Shown in pieces: positions 35,598 to 42,578 of a stretch of DNA of 64,000 nt. The notes under the pieces were generated by a model that saw nothing but the letters and a program-made list of their open reading frames with translations, had not been told where the DNA came from and searched no databases. How positions within the stretch are numbered: position 1 is the stretch's first letter; the number at the start of each line of letters is the position of its first letter. The position numbers were made by a program, and so were the translations under genes. Source of the DNA: Thermomicrobiales bacterium (GTDB lineage Bacteria > Chloroflexota > Chloroflexia > Thermomicrobiales > JALYUS01); the NCBI GenBank assembly GCA_038231255.1, contig JBBRLR010000004.1:17489-81488 (forward strand). Reading direction: 5' to 3'.

Positions 35598-37082
35598 CTA
35601 GTACTTCGGCAGTGACGGATCCACGTCGTCGGACCAGGCGAGGATGCCGCCATTGAGATTCTTCAACTTGCGGAAGCCCGCGTCCTTGAGGATGCCGAGC
35701 GCTTTGGCCGAGCGGACGCCGGAGCGGCACTGCAAAACGATCTCGTCCGCCGAATCGAGTTCGTGCATCCGCGCGGGCACATCGCCGAGCGGGATGAAAC
35801 GGACATCCGGCTCCTTGATCGTGCCGAGCGCCCACTCGTGCGGCTCGCGCACATCCACGATGACGAGATGCTCGCCCGCGTCCAGCCGCCGCTTCAACTC
35901 GCGCGGCGTGATCTCCCACTGCGCCTCCAAATTGACTTCTGGCCCCGACGTAATGCCGCAGAACTCGTCGTAGTCAATCAGGTGCTTGATGGTTGCGTGT
36001 TCGCCGCAGATCGGGCAGCTCGGGTCCTTGCGCAGTTTGTACTCGCGGAACTGCATCTTCAGCGCGTCGAACCGGAGCAGGCGACCGATCAGCGGGTCGC
36101 CGATGCCGATAATCAGTTTCAGCGTCTCTGCCGCCTGCAACGCGCCGACGATGCCGGGCAGCACGCCGAGCACACCGCCCTCCGCGCAGGACGGGACGAG
36201 GCCCGGCGGTGGCGGCTCCGGATAAAGGCAGCGGTAGCACGGCCCTTCGTTCGCGTAGAAGATCGAGACCTGCCCCTCGAAGCGGAAGATCGAGCCGTAG
36301 ACATTCGGCTTACCGAGCAGCACGCAGGCGTCGTTGACGAGGTAGCGCGTCGGGAAGTTGTCTGTCCCGTCCACGATGATGTCGTAGTTCTTGAAGATGT
36401 CCAGCGCGTTCTCACTGGAAAGGCGCGTCTCGAAGGTCGTAATCTCGGTGTACGGGTTGAGGGCGGTCAGCCGTCGTTTCGCCGCTGCCAGTTTCGACGT
36501 GCCGATGTCCTCAGTCGTGAAGGTCACCTGCCGCTGAAGGTTCGACGAGTCCACGACATCGGCGTCCACGATGCCGATGTGGCCGACGCCCGCCGCCGTC
36601 AGATACAAGCCGAGCGGCGCGCCGAGGCCACCCGCGCCGACGAGTAGGACGCGCGCCTGCTTCAGCTTCTTCTGCCCCGCCAGCGTCACCTCCGGCATGA
36701 TGAGGTGGCGGCTGTAGCGGCCAATCTCGTCCGGCGAGAGTTCCACGTCCTCCGCATCTGCTCCCTCTCCCGCCTGGCGGGGGAGGGTAGGAGAGAGGGC
36801 CGTGCCGCCCGCAATCGAGGGCACAATCGTCACCGTATCGCCGGAGGCGACGGGTGTCGCATCCTTCTGGAGATAGCGGATGTCCTCGTCGTTCAAATAG
36901 ACATTGACGAACGAGCGCAGTTGGCCGCTGTCGTTGTACAGGTGCTTCTTCAGGTCCACGTACTCGCCGGTCAGCTGCCCAAGCACCTCGCCAATGGTGC
37001 TGCCGGCCAGTTGCACCTGCTCCTTGCCCCCGGCGAACTGCCGCAGCGCCGTCGGGATCAAAATCGTCACATTCTCCGCCAT
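35598..37082 (-). CDS. CysO-like sulfur carrier fused to MoeZ-type E1 adenylyltransferase and rhodanese
   Basis: aa 1-93 form a beta-grasp like M. tuberculosis CysO (VTILIPTALRQFAGG, FVNVYLNDEDIRY, ends VPSIAGG). A linker follows. The E1 part has RYSRHL, LLVGAGGLGAP, CYRC and CPIC zinc motifs. The rhodanese has active-site QCRSGVRS. Confidence 0.85.
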   Translation of the reverse strand: MAENVTILIPTALRQFAGGKEQVQLAGSTIGEVLGQLTGEYVDLKKHLYNDSGQLRSFVNVYLNDEDIRYLQKDATPVASGDTVTIVPSIAGGTALSPTLPRQAGEGADAEDVELSPDEIGRYSRHLIMPEVTLAGQKKLKQARVLLVGAGGLGAPLGLYLTAAGVGHIGIVDADVVDSSNLQRQVTFTTEDIGTSKLAAAKRRLTALNPYTEITTFETRLSSENALDIFKNYDIIVDGTDNFPTRYLVNDACVLLGKPNVYGSIFRFEGQVSIFYANEGPCYRCLYPEPPPPGLVPSCAEGGVLGVLPGIVGALQAAETLKLIIGIGDPLIGRLLRFDALKMQFREYKLRKDPSCPICGEHATIKHLIDYDEFCGITSGPEVNLEAQWEITPRELKRRLDAGEHLVIVDVREPHEWALGTIKEPDVRFIPLGDVPARMHELDSADEIVLQCRSGVRSAKALGILKDAGFRKLKNLNGGILAWSDDVDPSLPKY

Positions 37083-37107
37083 ATCATGACCTCCTCATAT
37101 CAGATCG

Positions 37108-37245
37108 GAAACCGGGGATGAACGGCAAAGACGCAAAGAGCGCAGAGACGCAAAGAAGAAAGAGAAAAAGGACGGGATCCATCTTTCTTTCTTCCCCTTT
37201 GCGTCCTTCGCGTCCTTTGCGTCTTTGCGGTTCATCCCCGGTTTC
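37108..37245. repeat. Long decamer-arm hairpin (copy F5), inside the operon
   Basis: gaaaccggggatgaacggcaaagacgcaaagagcgcagagacgcaaagaag ... cctttgcgtccttcgcgtcctttgcgtctttgcggttcatccccggtttc. Confidence 0.9.
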
Positions 37246-37256
37246 TCCCGTCTTCC

Positions 37257-37688
37257 TCAGCCACGCTCGATGATCTGCTCTTCATTGTAGCCGGAGCGGT
37301 CGGCTTTGAGCACCCAGGACTTAAGATCGAGGGCAATGCCCTTGTAGACGCCCTGAATGATGTAGGAATAGGTCGGCCAGGCGAAGTCGCGATCCGTTTC
37401 GGAGGGGCGCGGCTCGCTGTCCGGGTGGGAGTGGTAGAAGCCGAGCAGTGCCATGCCCGCTTCCCGCGCCCGCCGCTCCTCGTGTGCGATCACCTCCGGC
37501 CCGATCTGGAAGCGCCGCCGCCGCTCGTCCACCTGCTCCCAGGCATTCTCGACCGGTACCGTCTCGCGCACGACCTTCTCATCGCCCTGCATCACACCGA
37601 TCAACAGCCCGCACACCTCGTTCGGGTATCCATTCTCGCTCTGCCGACACACCGTCGCCCTGAGCGCATTTGTCCACACCAGGTTCAT
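37257..37688 (-). CDS. mec: JAMM/MPN+ metalloprotease (Mec-like)
   Basis: EVCGLL plus HSHPDSEPRPSETD (H-x-H-x7-S-x2-D JAMM motif), 143 aa. Confidence 0.85.
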   Translation of the reverse strand: MNLVWTNALRATVCRQSENGYPNEVCGLLIGVMQGDEKVVRETVPVENAWEQVDERRRRFQIGPEVIAHEERRAREAGMALLGFYHSHPDSEPRPSETDRDFAWPTYSYIIQGVYKGIALDLKSWVLKADRSGYNEEQIIERG

Positions 37689-37710
37689 TCTCGCTCCTCA
37701 CAACGATTCA

Positions 37711-37815
37711 GCACGGAGGACACGGAGGCCACAAAGAGCACAGAGAATGAATACGATCGAGAGTCTTCTCATTTGTCTTTCTCTGTGTCCTCTGTGTCCT
37801 CTGCGATCTCTGTGT
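37711..37815. repeat. Long decamer-arm hairpin (copy F6), inside the operon
   Basis: gcacggaggacacggaggccacaaagagcacagagaatga ... tttctctgtgtcctctgtgtcctctgcgatctctgtg. Confidence 0.85.
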
Positions 37816-38753
37816 TATCCCCTTCCCGCATCTTCGCCCCAGAAGGGGAGCGAGAGGTACTTGGCCGCGCCATCGCAGAAGATCGTGACGACCGTGCCCG
37901 TGTCAAGGGTCGCGGCGACGCGCAGGGCGGCAACGGTGTTCGCGGCGGCGGAAACGCCGACCAGCACGCCTTCCTCGCGCGCCAGCCGTTTGACCATCGC
38001 GTGCGCGTCGTCTGTGCTCACTTCCTCGATCATATCCGCCAGCGAAGGATCGTAGATGCCGGGGACGATGGCGGAGACGTAGTGCTTGATCCCCTCGATG
38101 CCGTGGAGCGGGCTGTCCGGCTGGACGGCGACGAGGCGCACGGCGGGGTTGTAGTCGCGCAGACGGCGACCCGCGCCCATCAAGGTGCCGCTCGTGCCTG
38201 TCGCGGCGACGAAATGCGTCACCGCACCGTCCGTCTGCTCCCAGATTTCCGGCCCGGTCGTTTCGTAGTGGGCGCGCCAGTTGGCTGCGTTGTTGAACTG
38301 GTCAGGGTAGAAATACCGCTCCGGGTCGGCGGTGTGGCGGCGTTGCACCTCGTGGATTGCGCCATCGAACCCCTCCGCCGGATCGGTCTCGACGAGCGTT
38401 GCGCCGTACGCCGCCAGCATACGCTTACGTTCCTCGCTCGCGTTCGCCGGCATGCAGAGTTCGACCCGATAGCCGAGTGTCGCGGCGATCATCGCGTAGG
38501 CGATGCCGGTATTGCCGCTCGTCGCGTCCAAAATCGTCTTGTCCGCCGTCAGGAGGCCGCGCGCGATGCCGTCCCGGATCATCGCGAGGGCGGGGCGATC
38601 CTTGACACTGCCGCCGGGGTTGTTCATCTCCGCCTTCGCCGCGACGGTGACGCCCGCCGGCAGGTGCGCCGTGATCTGTGTCAGCCGGATCAACGGCGTG
38701 TTGCCGATCATATCGAGCACGGTCGTCGTGCCTTGTGCCGTTATCTGCGCCAT
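37815..38753 (-). CDS. cysM: Cysteine synthase B-type PLP enzyme (CysM)
   Basis: IGNTPLIRL, NPGGSVKDRPA (PLP lysine), SGNTGIA, TGTSGT. Start MAQITAQG at 38753. Confidence 0.9.
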   Translation of the reverse strand: MAQITAQGTTTVLDMIGNTPLIRLTQITAHLPAGVTVAAKAEMNNPGGSVKDRPALAMIRDGIARGLLTADKTILDATSGNTGIAYAMIAATLGYRVELCMPANASEERKRMLAAYGATLVETDPAEGFDGAIHEVQRRHTADPERYFYPDQFNNAANWRAHYETTGPEIWEQTDGAVTHFVAATGTSGTLMGAGRRLRDYNPAVRLVAVQPDSPLHGIEGIKHYVSAIVPGIYDPSLADMIEEVSTDDAHAMVKRLAREEGVLVGVSAAANTVAALRVAATLDTGTVVTIFCDGAAKYLSLPFWGEDAGRG

Positions 38754-38858
38754 CGGTGCTCGTCCCTCCACGCGTTCGCGGCGCGCATTGTCGCAGAAGT
38801 TGCGTAACAAACGCAACAACGCGTCGCACCTGCGTAGTGGTCACAACGGTAGGAAAGG

Positions 38859-39479
38859 GTGCAGCATTCCCGCATTGCTCATTACGCCCTGCTCTCTTAC
38901 TATGATCGAGAGAATGGATGCAGCGCAGGGAAAGGCAAGCATTTGCAAACGGGTGATCTGGCGCCGGATGTGACGGTGACGATTGAGGACAAGCAGGTAC
39001 GGCTGCGCGATTTCGTCGGTGAGCAGCGCGTCGTCCTCTATTTCTATCCCAAGGATTCCACTCCCTCCTGCACGCTGGAGGCGCGCGGGTTCAATGATCT
39101 CATCGAGCAGTTCGCCACAAATGGAGCAGTGGTCATTGGCGTCAGTACGGACGACGTGACCTCGCACGCCCGATTCGCCCGGCGAGAGGGATTGCGTTTC
39201 TCGCTCGGCACGGACCCGGACGGCACGCTCGCGACGGCCTTCGGTGCAGCCAATCGGCTCGTGCAGGGGATCGTCGCGAAGCGCGTCACATTCCTGATCG
39301 AGCGGGACGGTCGCATCGCCCGCATCTGGGATCGCGTCAACCCGCACACGCATCCGCTGGACGTACTGGATGCGGTGCGCGCCCTAAACCCCACCTGCTC
39401 ATGCTGCCCGGAGGGCGCCCGCGCCCGGTTCCCCACCGGGGAAGGGGAGCGGTATGGTGGTGTCATCCCTGCGAAATAA
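38859..39479 (+). CDS. bcp: Peroxiredoxin (Bcp-type thiol peroxidase) with C-terminal Cys-rich extension
   Basis: GDLAPDVTV...VVLYFYPKDSTPSCTLEA...GVSTDD. The real start may be TTG 38943 after gggaaagg. The tail NPTCSCCPEG is atypical. Confidence 0.8.
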   Translation: MQHSRIAHYALLSYYDRENGCSAGKGKHLQTGDLAPDVTVTIEDKQVRLRDFVGEQRVVLYFYPKDSTPSCTLEARGFNDLIEQFATNGAVVIGVSTDDVTSHARFARREGLRFSLGTDPDGTLATAFGAANRLVQGIVAKRVTFLIERDGRIARIWDRVNPHTHPLDVLDAVRALNPTCSCCPEGARARFPTGEGERYGGVIPAK

Positions 39480-39486
39480 CCGCACA

Positions 39487-41114
39487 TCAGCGTGAGGCTG
39501 GGACTGGGTTCGGGACACCGCCGCCACCACCACCGGGCCGCGGGGATGGCGGAGGGTTCGGCGGGCCACCGGAGGGTGCGGGGCCGGGACGCGGCGGCAC
39601 CGGCACCGGATTGGGGACGGCGACATCGGCCTCGAACGCGCCGATGCTGCACCGGTCGGAACGGCGGAAGAAGCCGCGCTGATCCTTGCCGCTGGTTGGT
39701 AGGGCGGCGCAGGCGTTGGGGTCGGCGGTGTCCTTGGCGGCGCTGCCGGGGAGGAGGGCGAGGGTCTGGGTGGGGCCGCCGTTATCCTTGAGGGTGTCGA
39801 GGTTCGGATTGCCGTGCTGCGTCATAGTGTCGGTGAAGGCGCAGGTGCTCGTCGGATTGAACTCGAGGTTATGACCGCCGTCGGTGATCGCGCCGGAGCA
39901 GTTGGCGAACGTGCCACCGGTGTTGACGGAGAGGAGCGTGTTGATGGCGCTCCGCGTGTTGATGCCGGTGTTGGCCAGCCCGCCCCCGGCGGCGCCGTTC
40001 GTGCCAGGTGCACCCGGTGTGCCGGGATTTGGGCCTGTGCCACCCGATCCACCGCCACCGCCGCTCGCGCTATTGGCGGCAATCGTGACGTTGCCGATGT
40101 TTGCGGAACCGGTGTTGGATACCGCGCCACCTGCGCCCACACCGCCGTTACCGCCGTTATCGCCGTTGCCGGTGTGGCCGGCGAAGCTGCCTCCGGTGCC
40201 GCCATTGCCACCGCCGCCGCCGGTGGCCTGATCGGCGAAAAAGGTGCTGTTCGTCAGTGTAAGCGTGCCGCCACCCTTGGAGACGGCCCCGCCCGATGCG
40301 CCGCCGCCCCCGCCGCCGTTGCCGCCGGTCGCGCTGTTCCCGCTGAAGCGGCTCCCCATCACCGAGAAGGAGGACGCCGACGTGACCGCGATCGCACCTC
40401 CGGTCGCGGACCCGCCGTCGGTGCCGGGTGAACCGGGGGCGCCGGCCCCGCCCGTCACCTGGTTGCCCGTGAACTGGCTGTTCGTCGCGGTGAAGCCGCC
40501 GCCGCCGACGTACACGCCGCCGCCGTAGCCGACCGCGCTGTTGTTGCTCACGACGCTGTTATTCAGGGCGAGCAGCCCGCTGGTGCTGGAGATCCCCCCG
40601 CCACGGTTGATCGCGCTGTTGTTGCTCACGACGCTGTTATTGAGCACGACCGTCCCGGAGCTGGCGAAAGCCCCGCCCCCCCCCGAGCGTGTCGTGGCCG
40701 TTGCTGAGCGTCAGGTTGTTGAAGGTCACGCTTTTGCCAAGGCCGATCGTGAAAATCCGGTCGCTGATGCTGCCGTTGATCACCGTTGCGCCCGCGCCCG
40801 CGCCGTTGATCGTCACATTGGACTGGACATCGGCTCGACCATTGGTCAACGCATATGGTGTGAGGATCCCGGGCAGGGTAATCGTCGTCAGGTCGGATGT
40901 ACCCGCATGCGTGTTGGCGAAGCTAATAGCGTCCCGCAGGGGAGCAGGCATCCATGCCGGAGGTGGCGCAGGCGTTGGTGTCATCGGTGGTATGGTCCAC
41001 GGTGACGACGAAGCTCGCCGCCCCCACCGTCGTAACGGAGAGCGTGGCGAGGAGCGCGCCGAGCACGAGTGCAAACAGGGCGATCCGGGATCGGTGGTCA
41101 GCATGGCGATGCAT
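39487..41114 (-). pseudogene. Secreted beta-helix repeat protein (choice-of-anchor-Q-like) interrupted by two +1 frameshifts
   Basis: Three ORFs join into one protein. 41114-40923 has the signal peptide and ends ...DACSP. 41104-40637 begins at LRDAISFAN and runs to ...HDTLGGG. 40647-39487 has the NNSVVSNNSA/GGG repeats, then DQRGFFRRSDRCSIGAFE and a Pro-rich tail. The frame breaks sit at a C4 run (40939-40942) and a G9 run (40676-40684) on the coding strand. Confidence 0.7.
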
Positions 41115-41291
41115 TACGTGTCCCCTCCATCATCGGCGTCTTCGACCGAAGACAGCACGATCATTTCACCGGCGCGAATCGTTATCTTTTATAATCTCAG
41201 TGTACCAGGGGGATGGGAAATGTACAGGAACTATTACTGGCACAAAGAGTGGTACAATTTCTCGGAGTACGCAGTTCATCGAGAGAATCCC

Positions 41292-41354
41292 GGTGGTAGT
41301 GGTAGCAGGCTTTCCAGCCTGCTACCACCAGCAAAGCCGCGCCCAACTGCGTAA
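41292..41354. repeat. ggtggtagtggtagcaggct...agcctgctaccacc hairpin with caactgcgtaa tail
   Basis: Shares its architecture and the 3' tail gcgcccaactgcgtaa with 28495-28588. Confidence 0.7.
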
Positions 41355-41379
41355 GGGCTAAATTCCCTGTGACGAATCC

Positions 41380-41435
41380 CGGTCGAGAACAAGCGGCGCG
41401 TGCAGCGACTCCTTCGGACCGCTGCACGCGCCGCT
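41380..41435 (-). terminator. Hairpin terminator candidate after iclR-type gene
   Basis: The 16-bp arms agcggcgcgtgcagcg (41392-41407) and cgctgcacgcgccgct (41420-41435) start at the stop codon. The minus strand then reads ttgttctc. Confidence 0.5.
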
Positions 41436-42250
41436 CAACGTGCGGAACCGCTCAGTTGCTCGGTGATCTTGCGTGCGGAAGCGATGACGCGTTCGGCCTG
41501 CTGCCGCTCGTCCTCCGGGCGGAATCGCTGCTCGGGCTGCGTCATCCCGACCGAGCCGATGACGCGGCCGGCGGGCCCGAAGATCGGCGCGCCGAGCCCC
41601 ACCGCGCCGGGCGTACGCTCGCCGCGTGTCAGCGCATATCCCTGTCCGCGCACCTGTGCGATGACTCGCTCCAATGTCGCCCGATCGGTCGTCGTGCGCG
41701 GAGTGATCGCCGGGAGCGACCGTGCGAGAATCGCGCGTTGCTCGCCCTCAGGAAGAAAGGCGAGGATGGCGAGGCCGGTCGCGCCCGCCGTGACGGGGAG
41801 CCACTCGGCGATCTGGCGGGCCTGCCGGATGGGATGGGGCGAATCGACCGTCGCCGCGAGCATCATCTCCCGGCGCGACGGGTCGTACAGGGCGAAGAGC
41901 GCGGTTTCCCCGGTCGCATCGACGAGTTCCTTCAGCCAGGGGAGGGCAACCGTGCGCACCGGGTTATGGTCCGCCGCCTTCCACGCCAGGCGCAGGAAGC
42001 CGAGGCCGAGACGATAGCGGCCCGTCTCCGGCTCCTGCTGGACGAGCCCGCCCGCCTGGAGATGCGCGAGCACGCGGTGGAGGGTGCTCGGATGCATCCC
42101 AACCCCCCCAGCGATCTCCCGCAGGCCCCACGACTGCCCGGCGGCATCGACCATCCAAAGCAGGACCACGAACGCCCGCGCGACAGGATCACGCGTTTCG
42201 CGCTGCGTGGATTCCTCTGTCGCTGACGGTCCCAATGATCGCTCCCCCAT
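41435..42250 (-). CDS. IclR family transcriptional regulator
   Basis: ARAFVVLLWMV...WGLREIAGGVGMHPSTLHRVLAHLQAGGLVQQEPETGRYRLGLGFLRLA (wHTH), then an IclR effector domain. Confidence 0.85.
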   Translation of the reverse strand: MGERSLGPSATEESTQRETRDPVARAFVVLLWMVDAAGQSWGLREIAGGVGMHPSTLHRVLAHLQAGGLVQQEPETGRYRLGLGFLRLAWKAADHNPVRTVALPWLKELVDATGETALFALYDPSRREMMLAATVDSPHPIRQARQIAEWLPVTAGATGLAILAFLPEGEQRAILARSLPAITPRTTTDRATLERVIAQVRGQGYALTRGERTPGAVGLGAPIFGPAGRVIGSVGMTQPEQRFRPEDERQQAERVIASARKITEQLSGSAR

Positions 42251-42354
42251 GATAGCCCTGCCCTCGTCATATCCAGGCTGAAGCCTACGCTATCATTGTC
42301 GCTGATCCCTTCTCGTCGACTGGGTTTGGAGACGCATCCTGATATTCGCACACC

Positions 42355-42383
42355 TTGACAGCGCACGCGAATGAGCATACCAT
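42355..42383 (+). promoter_or_regulatory. Candidate promoter of the aconitase gene
   Basis: TTGACA (42355-42360), a 17-nt spacer, then TACCAT (42378-42383). Confidence 0.4.
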
Positions 42384-42390
42384 ATCTATA

Positions 42391-42419
42391 GAGAAACAAA
42401 CGTTTCTTTATAAGAAACA
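42391..42419. promoter_or_regulatory. Overlapping GAAAC/GTTTC palindromes (candidate IclR operator)
   Basis: gagaaacaaacgtttctttataagaaac contains AGAAAC-aaac-GTTTCT and GTTTCTT-tat-AAGAAAC, immediately downstream of the candidate -10. Confidence 0.45.
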
Positions 42420-42578
42420 CCCTCGTTGCCGTACGCCGCCTGCGGTACAATGGCGGGAAGCAGATCTCGTGCGAGGGCACGGAGCGTCATTGGTTCGCGT
42501 CTCTATCTTTGGCCGGTATTTTCCCATAGATCGCAGCCGTTTGGAAACGCGAAAGCGGGGAACGGCGAGGAGGAAACC

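Noticed and set aside
35598-38753. Possibility that the Ubl-E1-JAMM cluster is a Bil-type or CBASS-Cap2/Cap3-type ubiquitin-like antiphage system.
   Set aside because: There is no E2-like gene and no effector. The carrier resembles CysO, the E1 carries a rhodanese domain, and a CysM-type PLP enzyme is co-encoded. These all point to sulfur transfer for cysteine synthesis.
39487-40647. Gly/Asn/Ser repeat region of the beta-helix gene as a diversity-generating retroelement target.
   Set aside because: There is no reverse transcriptase and no template repeat in the window. The repeats are ordinary beta-helix coil repeats.
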